Assembly: GCF_000600005.1 (NCBI RefSeq)
Contig: NZ_CP007446.1
Coordinates: forward strand, 746,894 to 770,893
Direction: 5' to 3'
Length of the DNA: 24,000 bases
Source of the DNA: Snodgrassella alvi wkB2
Lineage (GTDB): Bacteria > Pseudomonadota > Gammaproteobacteria > Burkholderiales > Neisseriaceae
Within the stretch, counting starts at the first letter, position 1, and the number at the start of each line of letters is the position of its first letter. Shown piece by piece: positions 1 to 7,946 of this stretch. Below the pieces are notes generated by a model. It had not been told where the DNA came from. It did not search any database and was given only the letters and a program-made list of their open reading frames with translations. The translations under genes and the position numbers were made by a program.

Positions 1-1
1 A

Positions 2-1078
2 GTAGCCGGCACTCATGGTAAGACAACGACAGCCAGTATGCTGGCATGGGTGCTTGAAGATGCTGGTCTGGCTCCCGGATTTCTGATTGGCGGGGTGCCG
101 CAAAATTTTGCTGTATCAGCGCGCCTGCCTCAGGTACCACCGGCTGAGCAATCTACATCTGAACCAGAGTGCAGTCCGTTTTTTGTCATCGAGGCAGATG
201 AGTATGACACAGCTTTTTTTGATAAACGCAGTAAGTTTGTCCACTATCGTCCGCGTACGGCAATTCTGAACAATCTGGAATATGATCATGCGGATATTTT
301 CCCCAATCTCGCAGCAATTCAGACTCAGTTTCATCATTTGATTCGTACAATTCCCAGTGAGGGGCTGATTGTCGTTAATGAACAATCTGCTGCACTGGAC
401 GAAGTTTTACAGCAAGGCTGCTGGTCAGAAGTAGAAGGTTTTGGTCTGAATAAGGATTGGCAGATTGGTGAAATTTCCTCAACCGGTGGCTTCGATGTCC
501 TCTATCAGCAACAAAAGGTGGGACATATAGAGTGGAAACTACTGGGGCAGCATAACCGCATGAATGCACTGGCAGTAATTGCTGCGGCACGTCATGCAGG
601 TATGTCGATCCGGCAATCATGTGCGGCATTATCTCGTTTTGAGAATGTTAAACGGCGCATGGAAGTCAAAGGTGTTGTTAACGATATTACGGTTTATGAT
701 GATTTTGCTCATCATCCGACAGCCATTGCTACAACTATTGCCGGCCTGCGTCAGAAAGTCGTTAATGCACGTATTCTGGCTGTGCTTGAACCACGCTCTA
801 ATACTATGAAGCTGGGTACCATGAAAGCTGCTTTACCTGCCAGTCTGGCGGAAGCTGATAAAGTATTCTGTTATGCCGGCGGGGTTGACTGGGATATTGC
901 GGCTGCACTAAGTCCGTTACAGGATAAAGTAGCAGTTTTTCAGGATATGCAGTCATTGGTTGAAGCTATCACTGCACAGGCAGAGCAGGGGGATCATATT
1001 CTGATCATGAGTAATGGCGGCTTTGGTGGTATTCATCAGCAATTACTGACTCAGTTACAACACAAAGCAAATAATTAA
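2..1078 (+). CDS. mpl: UDP-N-acetylmuramate:L-alanyl-gamma-D-glutamyl-meso-diaminopimelate ligase (Mpl); the 5' end runs off the window
   Basis: The frame is open from base 2 and reads VAGTHGKTTTAS, the Mur-ligase P-loop. Later motifs FFVIEADEYDTAFFDKRSKFVHY, DDFAHHPTA, LEPRSNTMK and MSNGGFGGIH are near-collinear with E. coli Mpl as I recall it. Confidence 0.93.
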   Translation, partial: VAGTHGKTTTASMLAWVLEDAGLAPGFLIGGVPQNFAVSARLPQVPPAEQSTSEPECSPFFVIEADEYDTAFFDKRSKFVHYRPRTAILNNLEYDHADIFPNLAAIQTQFHHLIRTIPSEGLIVVNEQSAALDEVLQQGCWSEVEGFGLNKDWQIGEISSTGGFDVLYQQQKVGHIEWKLLGQHNRMNALAVIAAARHAGMSIRQSCAALSRFENVKRRMEVKGVVNDITVYDDFAHHPTAIATTIAGLRQKVVNARILAVLEPRSNTMKLGTMKAALPASLAEADKVFCYAGGVDWDIAAALSPLQDKVAVFQDMQSLVEAITAQAEQGDHILIMSNGGFGGIHQQLLTQLQHKANN

Positions 1079-1271
1079 TTATTTTTGTACTGAATTCAAG
1101 GTAAAACAATAACCTCTGTTCAGATTTTCTAAAGGCCGGAGCTATCTGTTATTTCAGGTACTAAGGCTTTTATTTTATGTGCGTTTTAAAACACTGCATT
1201 ATCAGGGTAAATATAAAAAATAATGAAATTACATGGTTGATAGTACAACAGAAGCAGAGCGATACAATATT

Positions 1272-1547
1272 TCAGGAAGCCTCATAAACCGTAGCTTTAG
1301 CCATTTCAGTATGATTCATTTTCCCGTATGCATTCTGCCAGCTTTGTGCAGCTTCACGCTGGTCACAGTTTTTGGCTACTTTAATCTGGGTTGGATTCAT
1401 TTCAGTATAAGTTAAATTCGCCAGATGCTGGCAGTCCAGCGTTTGCGAAATCAATGCCGCAGGAGCTGTAGCACGAGCTGGCACTGAATGAAAATTGCCC
1501 AGCAACAATAATAAAGCCATTAACCCATATATTTTTAATAATTTCAT
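1272..1547 (-). CDS. small secreted hypothetical protein (91 aa)
   Basis: The N-terminus MKLLKIYGLMALLLLLGNFHSVPARA looks like a Sec signal peptide with an A-x-A cleavage site. The mature part has two Cys residues. I recognise no family. It is transcribed divergently from the S24 repressor gene. Confidence 0.5.
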   Translation of the reverse strand: MKLLKIYGLMALLLLLGNFHSVPARATAPAALISQTLDCQHLANLTYTEMNPTQIKVAKNCDQREAAQSWQNAYGKMNHTEMAKATVYEAS

Positions 1548-1730
1548 AATCCATTCCTTATTTAGAAAAATCTAATAAATTATTTAATTTTTATTATATT
1601 AATTAGAAAAAAATAAATATTCAAGGAATTTATTTCTTAAATATTTAGTTACTTTTCATTTTTCTAAAAATGAAGTATAATAAAAACAAATTTATTGACG
1701 ATATTTCTAAGAAATTGCCGGAATTTGTGC

Positions 1731-2408
1731 ATGCAAACATTTAAAGACCGTCTGGCTTCACTGTGGCCGGGTGAGCGCCAGTCTAAAATTGCTACAGACA
1801 TTGATATGACTATGGCCGGTTTCAGCCGTATCTGGCATGAAGGCGGGTTACCTAAAGCAGAAACCCTGAAACGTATCAAAGAATTAAAAGGTTGCAGTAT
1901 TGACTGGCTGCTGACCGGAGAAGGGGAGCCCTTTCCTGAACAGCAAACTCAGGCAGCACATGATACGCTGGGTAATCCGGTGAATACTGAAGATTTTGTT
2001 TATGTACCGCGTTATGCAATTGAAGCAGCTGCCGGACATGGTAGTTTAGTTGCTAATGAAAAACCGATGTTTACCATGGCGTTTCGCAAGGATTGGATAA
2101 ATTCAATGATTAGCCCTGAAGTTAGTGGCTTGTCAGTGATTTCGGTCAAAGGCGATTCAATGGAAGGTGTACTCAATGACGGGGATACCATTCTGGTACA
2201 GCAAATGAATCATATACGCCGTGATGGTTTGTATGTACTGCGTATTAACGATAATCTGCTGGTTAAGCGTTTACAGCTGATGCCGGGTAATGTAGTGAAT
2301 GTTATTTCTGCTAATGAAGCCTATCCGAGTTTTGAAATCCGGCTGGATAGTGAAAGTGATGATGTACAAATCATCGGTAAAGTATTGTGGTTTGGCCGTT
2401 ATCTGTAA
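1731..2408 (+). CDS. HTH (XRE/CI-like) plus S24 LexA-family peptidase repressor
   Basis: The N-terminal HTH reads SKIATDIDMTMAGFSRIWHEG. A candidate Ala-Gly cleavage region is EAAAGHG. The Ser nucleophile motif GDSMEG and Lys motif LVKRL are spaced as in LexA/CI. I prefer the ATG at 1731 over the TTG at 1695 used in the ORF track. Confidence 0.85.
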   Translation: MQTFKDRLASLWPGERQSKIATDIDMTMAGFSRIWHEGGLPKAETLKRIKELKGCSIDWLLTGEGEPFPEQQTQAAHDTLGNPVNTEDFVYVPRYAIEAAAGHGSLVANEKPMFTMAFRKDWINSMISPEVSGLSVISVKGDSMEGVLNDGDTILVQQMNHIRRDGLYVLRINDNLLVKRLQLMPGNVVNVISANEAYPSFEIRLDSESDDVQIIGKVLWFGRYL

Positions 2409-2506
2409 TGTTCTGATAATAAAATTTCATACTGAAGAGCCAGTTTGATAATCCGGGTATTACTGCAGACACATTATTAACCGGTTAACTCATTTATTCT
2501 GGACAT

Positions 2507-2546
2507 GAAAAACCGTCTGAATTCCAAAATTCAGACGGTTTTTTTA
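2507..2546. terminator. bidirectional rho-independent terminator between the convergent repressor gene and clpX
   Basis: A perfect 13-bp stem pairs aaccgtctgaatt (2511-2523) with aattcagacggtt (2528-2540) around the loop ccaa. An A-run lies on the left and a T-run on the right. Confidence 0.85.
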
Positions 2547-2571
2547 TGCACGTAAAATTCAGCTTATGGTT

Positions 2572-3834
2572 TTAGCCTTTATAAGCACTGCCATCAGCCA
2601 GTAACCATTCAGGTTCAGCACCTTTATCAATTACATCCTGATTAACAACCACTTTTTTTACATCGTTTAAATCCGGCAAAGCATACATAGTATTGAGCAA
2701 CGCTTTTTCTACAATTGAGCGTAGGCCGCGGGCACCAGTTTTGCGCGCCATGGCCAGCTTGGCAATTGCCCGTAATGCAGAGGGTTGTACTTGTAGCTCC
2801 ACACCTTCCATCGCAAACAGAGCCTGAAACTGCTTAATTAATGCATTTTTAGGTTCGGTAAGGATATTAATCAGTGCATCTTCATCCAGCTCAGTGAGCG
2901 TTGCAATAACTGGCAGACGGCCGATCAGCTCGGGAATCAAACCGAATTTAATCAGGTCTTCCGGTTCTACCGTCTGAAATAGTTCGCTTACATTGGTATT
3001 TTCGTCTTTGCTGTGTACCGCAGCACCAAAGCCGATACCACCCTTTTCAGTACGCTGACGGATAACTTTTTCCAGTCCGGCAAATGCACCACCACAGATA
3101 AACAGAATATTAGTAGTGTCTACATTAATAAATTCCTGATTAGGATGTTTGCGTCCACCCTGTGGCGGCACAGATGCAACAGTTCCTTCTATCAGTTTAA
3201 GTAAAGCCTGCTGAACACCCTCACCGGAAACGTCGCGGGTGATAGAGGGATTATCACTTTTGCGGGAGATTTTATCGATTTCATCGATGTATACAATGCC
3301 TTTTTGTGCTTTTTGTACATCAAAATCGCATTTCCCCAATAATTTAGTGATAATCTGTTCCACATCCTCACCAACATAGCCGGCTTCGGTAAGTGTGGTG
3401 GCATCAGCCATCACAAACGGAACATCCAGTTTGCGCGCTAGAGTCTGAGCGAGCAGAGTTTTACCGGAACCGGTAGGTCCAATCAGCAGAATATTGGATT
3501 TAGACAGCTCTACCTGACCTTCTTCCTTACCCAGACGCAAGCGTTTGTAATGATTATATACCGCTACAGCCAGTGATTTTTTTGCTGTTTCCTGTCCGAT
3601 TACATACTGGTCAAGATTAGCAACAATCTCTGCCGGAGTAGGCAGTTTTTCCTGTCCGTCTCCGTCAGCTGCCGGCATGCCATTCTCTGTAGAAGAAGCA
3701 CCCGGATTATGTAGCATTTCATTGCATGTATCCACGCACTCATTACAGATTAATGCGTTTTCACCTTCAATTAAATTTTTAACTTCGTTTTCAGGTTTAC
3801 CGCAAAACGAACAATAACGAATTTCTTTACTCAT
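2572..3834 (-). CDS. clpX: ATP-dependent Clp protease ATP-binding subunit ClpX
   Basis: The N-terminal zinc-binding domain reads CSFCGK...CNECV. Also present are Walker A GPTGSGKT, Walker [31 protein letters not shown] and the sensor region [10 protein letters not shown]. It is collinear with E. coli ClpX. Confidence 0.97.
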   Translation of the reverse strand: MSKEIRYCSFCGKPENEVKNLIEGENALICNECVDTCNEMLHNPGASSTENGMPAADGDGQEKLPTPAEIVANLDQYVIGQETAKKSLAVAVYNHYKRLRLGKEEGQVELSKSNILLIGPTGSGKTLLAQTLARKLDVPFVMADATTLTEAGYVGEDVEQIITKLLGKCDFDVQKAQKGIVYIDEIDKISRKSDNPSITRDVSGEGVQQALLKLIEGTVASVPPQGGRKHPNQEFINVDTTNILFICGGAFAGLEKVIRQRTEKGGIGFGAAVHSKDENTNVSELFQTVEPEDLIKFGLIPELIGRLPVIATLTELDEDALINILTEPKNALIKQFQALFAMEGVELQVQPSALRAIAKLAMARKTGARGLRSIVEKALLNTMYALPDLNDVKKVVVNQDVIDKGAEPEWLLADGSAYKG

Positions 3835-4214
3835 AAACAGGATTTCATCAAGAAAATAGAGCTTATATTGAATGCCGGACCAAATACATAAGTGATATCG
3901 TATCGGATTCAGCCAAAAAACGAGTATATAGTTTTATCAGGCTGATATCAAACTGAATGCTAGTGTGGTTTTAATCACTGAAGAAATCAGTTTGATAATG
4001 AAAATCTGATTAAAATATCGTTTATAAACACCTTTTTTAGCCAAATATAATAAGAAAATACCGGCCGTAAGCAAATTTGTCTTATAATTAGATTGAGAAA
4101 CAATATTTTTATTGAATAATTGGACGTTAAAAACTTCTTTCAAACACAGATAATAATTATGTCTGTGTCTCTATTGCGTCCAGTATGAAGTAGTATTCTC
4201 TTAAGAAATAAATT

Positions 4215-4229
4215 ACCCTGATTCAGGGT
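4215..4229. promoter_or_regulatory. perfect 15-bp palindrome ACCCTGA-T-TCAGGGT just upstream of the pbpG RBS (candidate operator)
   Basis: Read directly from the sequence: accctgattcagggt. The 7-bp arms are exact reverse complements. It ends 17 nt before the pbpG ATG. Its function is unknown. Confidence 0.3.
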
Positions 4230-4245
4230 CAAAAAGGAAGTTATC

Positions 4246-5196
4246 ATGTCATGTTTATCACGTCTGCGTCGCTGGCAGTGGGTAAGCCTGTTAAGCAGCA
4301 GTCTGTTTTTTGCAGTACCTGCTGTGGCCGGAGATATAGATGTTCTTGGTCAGTTTATCGAACAAAAGCAGGCAGGTGGTCAGTCTGACACGCTCAGTAC
4401 ATTTATCAGCAACCATCCTGACGCCAGTCTAGAAACCCGTGCACAGGTTGCCGGTCCTTTATTGAGCTCACAATCGGCACTGATTATGAATAATCAGACC
4501 GGTGAAATTCTTTACCAAAAAAATATCAATCAGGTACGTTCAATTGCATCCATTTCTAAGCTGGTTTCAGCAATGGTAGTGCTGGATGCCAATCAGAACA
4601 TGAATGATCAGATTACCATCACAGATGCCGAAATTGACCGGCTGAAAAACTCAACCAGTCGTCTGTCTGTTGGTACAGTAATGACCCGGCGTGAGCTGTT
4701 GCATATTGGTTTAATGAGTAGTGAAAACCGGGCAATCCATGCTCTGGCACGTACTTATCCGGGTGGTATGCCGGCATTTGTAGAAGCCATGAATAATAAG
4801 GCAGCTGAGCTGGGAATGACTAATTCACGTTTTTACGAACCAACCGGGCTTGATCCGCGCAATCAGTCCACTGCACGGGATTTGGCTTTGCTGGTGCGTG
4901 GTGCCAGTCAGTATCCGCTTATCAGACAATATTCAACTGACAATTCCGGTTCGGTATACACCAGTAATGGCAGAGTAGAGCAATATCACAACTCCAATGC
5001 GCTGGTACGCGAAGGTTTATGGCCTATCGCGCTGCAAAAAACCGGATATATTCGTGAAGCAGGTCGGTCTATGGTGCTGCTGACCAGTGTTCAGAACCAG
5101 CCGGTAACCATTGTTTTACTGAACTCTCCCAGTTCAACAACCCGCGTAAGCGATGCCCGCGCTTTACGTTCATGGGCGATGCAGCAATCCTTATAA
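4246..5196 (+). CDS. pbpG: D-alanyl-D-alanine endopeptidase (PBP7-type, S11 family)
   Basis: It has a signal peptide, an SxxK motif (ASISKL), an SxN motif (SSENRA) and a KTG motif (QKTGY). It is collinear with E. coli PbpG, including RFYEPTGL and STARDLA. Confidence 0.88.
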   Translation: MSCLSRLRRWQWVSLLSSSLFFAVPAVAGDIDVLGQFIEQKQAGGQSDTLSTFISNHPDASLETRAQVAGPLLSSQSALIMNNQTGEILYQKNINQVRSIASISKLVSAMVVLDANQNMNDQITITDAEIDRLKNSTSRLSVGTVMTRRELLHIGLMSSENRAIHALARTYPGGMPAFVEAMNNKAAELGMTNSRFYEPTGLDPRNQSTARDLALLVRGASQYPLIRQYSTDNSGSVYTSNGRVEQYHNSNALVREGLWPIALQKTGYIREAGRSMVLLTSVQNQPVTIVLLNSPSSTTRVSDARALRSWAMQQSL

Positions 5197-5219
5197 ACCA
5201 TATATCTGTTATCAAAGAG

Positions 5220-5245
5220 CCCCGTTAGCAATAACGGGGTTTTTT
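5220..5245 (+). terminator. rho-independent terminator after pbpG
   Basis: The stem pairs ccccgtta with taacgggg around the loop gcaa, followed by tttttt. Confidence 0.85.
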
Positions 5246-5665
5246 ATCAATAAATCAATCCGTTTATATCGTAATGTAACTATCAAAGCAGTTAATTAAC
5301 ATGATAGAAAGCCAGACATAACGAATTAACATCAGCAACTGAAAGTAATTTAACAGATATGATTAATAGCGTTTTATAAATGAGTCAGTTGATTCGTCTG
5401 CATCTTTTGTTTGTAAAATAATGGGCAAGGCATAGTTTCCGAGAATAGTACTGAGTAAAAAGCTTAATCATCAGTGTAAAATATTGGTTCTGAGACTGAT
5501 AAATATTCCTGAGGGATGAATGAATGGATGTCACCGGTTGATAAACAAGACTCGGTCGTAGCAAAATAGAAATGTAATACCATAATATTGGAAATCGAAT
5601 AAATATTGACTTATCTCATAAGGGACAAATAGAGGTGTTATCTTTAAACAGAGAAAGATACTGAC

Positions 5666-6418
5666 ATGGCAATATTAATTACAGGTGCTTCTGTAGGATT
5701 TGGCGCAGAAATGTGTCGTGTGCTGGTTCATGCCGGTTACCATGTTATTGGTGCCGCACGGCGGTTGGATAAGCTGCAAGATTTACAGACAGAACTGGGT
5801 GCACAGTTTTTACCATTACAAATGGATGTAGCCGATAAAAGCAGTGTAGATAATGCATTAGCCTCCTTACAGAGTACTTGGGCGGATATTGATTTACTTG
5901 TGAACAATGCCGGGCTGGCGCTGGGCATGGAGCCGGCTCAGGAAGCAAACTTTGCTGACTGGGAAACCATGATTCATACCAATGTTCTGGGTTTAACTTA
6001 TGTCACCCGGCAAATATTGCCACGTATGGTAGCGAAAAATAGCGGCTATATCATTAATCTGGGATCTACTGCCGGATCATGGCCATATAAAGGCGGTAAT
6101 GTTTACGGTGCTACCAAAGCTTTTGTACGCCAGTTCAGCCTGAATTTGCGTACTGATCTGGCCGGTACCCGCATACGAGTCACCAATATTGCCCCCGGTT
6201 TATGCGGTGATACTGAATTTTCCAATGTACGCTTTCGCGGAGATGATAAACAGGCTGCTGCCGTATATGAAAATATCAGCTATCTGCAACCGGCAGATAT
6301 TGCCAACACCGTATTATGGCTGTATCAGACTCCGGCACATATGAATGTTAACCATATTGAAATTATGCCGGTATCACAAACCTTCGCCGGTCTGAGTGTA
6401 ACCCGTGATTTGGCTTGA
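5666..6418 (+). CDS. ydfG: NADP-dependent short-chain dehydrogenase (3-hydroxy acid / L-allo-threonine dehydrogenase type, YdfG-like)
   Basis: Motifs include TGASVGFG (the Rossmann TGxxxGxG), NNAG and YGATKAF (YxxxK). Long identical stretches match E. coli YdfG, for example LVNNAGLALGMEPA and GSTAGSWPY.GGNVYGATKAFVRQFSLNLRTDL. Confidence 0.9.
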   Translation: MAILITGASVGFGAEMCRVLVHAGYHVIGAARRLDKLQDLQTELGAQFLPLQMDVADKSSVDNALASLQSTWADIDLLVNNAGLALGMEPAQEANFADWETMIHTNVLGLTYVTRQILPRMVAKNSGYIINLGSTAGSWPYKGGNVYGATKAFVRQFSLNLRTDLAGTRIRVTNIAPGLCGDTEFSNVRFRGDDKQAAAVYENISYLQPADIANTVLWLYQTPAHMNVNHIEIMPVSQTFAGLSVTRDLA

Positions 6419-6428
6419 GGTTTGAGTC

Positions 6429-6938
6429 ATGACGGATAAACTTGCATGGTCGACAAGAACCACTGAGAAAACGCGTATATTGGCTCAATGTGAAGCACAA
6501 GGTGTAACCATTACTCAGTTGCGCGCACAGGTTTTGGATATCGTGCTGAGCATGAGCGGAGTGATTAAAGCTTATCAGGTTTTGGCTCATATGCAGCAAA
6601 GTAGTCACAACACAATTGCCCCACCGACAGCGTACAGAGCGCTGGATTTTTGGACCGAGCAAGGTATTTTGCACAAAATTCCGGCGATTAATGGCTATAT
6701 ATTATGTCGGCATGCTCAGCATGATTGTGGTGAACAATGCCAGCCGGATCATATTCATCACAGTGATTTTGTGCTGGTATGTAATCAGTGCGGGGCTGTG
6801 GATGAACAAAGTATGAGCCCGGAATGGTTAGCTTTACGACAGAGGGTAGCTGATAGCGGATTTATACTTAATGACGAACATATTGTTTTGACTGGTATGT
6901 GTAGTCAGTGTCGTACTCAAAATGAAAACTTTAAATAA
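6429..6938 (+). CDS. zur: Fur-family zinc uptake regulator Zur
   Basis: PPTAYRALDFWTEQGILHKI matches the E. coli Zur recognition-helix region PPTVYRALDFLLEQGFVHKV. Two CxxC pairs are present (CNQCG and CSQC). The start lies 10 nt after the ydfG-like stop and has a GAGG RBS, so the two genes probably form an operon. Confidence 0.85.
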   Translation: MTDKLAWSTRTTEKTRILAQCEAQGVTITQLRAQVLDIVLSMSGVIKAYQVLAHMQQSSHNTIAPPTAYRALDFWTEQGILHKIPAINGYILCRHAQHDCGEQCQPDHIHHSDFVLVCNQCGAVDEQSMSPEWLALRQRVADSGFILNDEHIVLTGMCSQCRTQNENFK

Positions 6939-7260
6939 GTTATTCAGTCAGTTTTGGATTCTTAAATCGGTTGAAACTATTCCTTTATCTTTTATGCATA
7001 AGAAACGCCGAATTATTCGTGAAAAAATAGTTAATTAAACAACATTATTACCTATACATTCTCAAAGAACTAAGTGAAATTACCTATCCGGATGGCGTTT
7101 TATAATGTTGAATGAAAACTATATGCACTAAATTTTGTTGTTATAGCAAATATCCTACTAACGGAATAAATTGTGCCCAAACAGTAATAAAGAAAAACAA
7201 ATATAGATTACATTAGATTGTTGCGTCTGACATTATTTCCATTATTTATTGTATGACATG

Positions 7261-7497
7261 TTATCCTGTAATAATTAAATAGGATTGGTAGGTGTTCCAC
7301 AGGGTAGCCAGCAGCATCCTGCGATGCAGATCCGGAACATAATGGTGCAGGGCGCTGACTTCCGGTGCCAGCAGATATTTTGGCAGTTTGCCTTGGATCA
7401 GAGCCATCTGACGCAGGGCTAGTGCAGCCGGATAGTCAATAGCTACCGGCAGCGGTGCGGACTGTTGTAACTCAGAATAAGAAATGAGGCCGCTCAT
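7261..7497 (-). pseudogene. 5' fragment (about 70 codons) of a tyrosine recombinase/phage-integrase-family gene of the kind found downstream of tetA(C) in pSC101
   Basis: The translation MSGLISYSELQQSAPLPVAIDYPAALALRQMALIQGKLPKYLLAPEVSALHHYVPDLHRRMLLATLWNT stops resembling the recombinase at about nt 7288, where GC also collapses. The catalytic C-terminal domain is absent. The last 9 codons are AT-rich junction sequence. Confidence 0.7.
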
Positions 7498-7946
7498 GGC
7501 GTTGACTCTCAGTCATAGTATCGTGGTATCACCGGTTGGTTCCACTCTCTGTTGCGGGCAACTTCAGCAGCACGTAGGGGACTTCCGCGTTTCCAGACTT
7601 TACGAAACACGGAAACCGAAGACCATTCATGTTGTTGCTCAGGTCGCAGACGTTTTGCAGCAGCAGTCGCTTCACGTTCGCTCGCGTATCGGTGATTCAT
7701 TCTGCTAACCAGTAAGGCAACCCCGCCAGCCTAGCCGGGTCCTCAACGACAGGAGCACGATCATGCGCACCCGTGGCCAGGACCCAACGCTGCCCGAGAT
7801 GCGCCGCGTGCGGCTGCTGGAGATGGCGGACGCGATGGATATGTTCTGCCAAGGGTTGGTTTGCGCATTCACAGTTCTCCGCAAGAATTGATTGGCTCCA
7901 ATTCTTGGAGTGGTGAATCCGTTAGCGAGGTGCCGCCGGCTTCCAT

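Noticed and set aside
116-809. Short ORFs overlapping mpl in other frames and on the other strand (87-269, 116-385, 375-629, 579-809)
   Set aside because: They are embedded in a confidently identified gene and have no motifs of their own.
3937-4143. 68-aa ORF in the clpX/pbpG divergent intergenic region
   Set aside because: It is extremely AT-rich with low-complexity Ile/Lys/Asn/Phe composition and no RBS. It sits where the two divergent promoters must lie, so it is most likely non-coding.
2572-4245. clpX without an adjacent clpP, as a possible orphan or accessory unfoldase
   Set aside because: The protein is a canonical full-length ClpX with zinc-binding domain, Walker motifs and sensor region. 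As far as I recall, clpP and clpX are unlinked in Neisseria genomes, so the arrangement is probably normal for this lineage.
7255-7290. Possible direct repeat or microhomology between the two island junctions (catgttatcctgtaataa at 7257-7274 versus cat-atccgattataa at about 11692-11706, and tgttatc at 7259 and 11669)
   Set aside because: There are only 5-7-nt exact cores with gaps in AT-rich DNA, which is not distinguishable from chance by eye. It would need the empty-site sequence to evaluate.
7509-7700. 63-aa ORF (MNHRYASEREATAAAKRLRPEQ...) downstream of tetA(C)
   Set aside because: It lies in the pSC101-derived non-coding-looking stretch that is also present in pBR322. It has no recognisable domain or RBS, so I kept it as part of the island rather than calling a gene.
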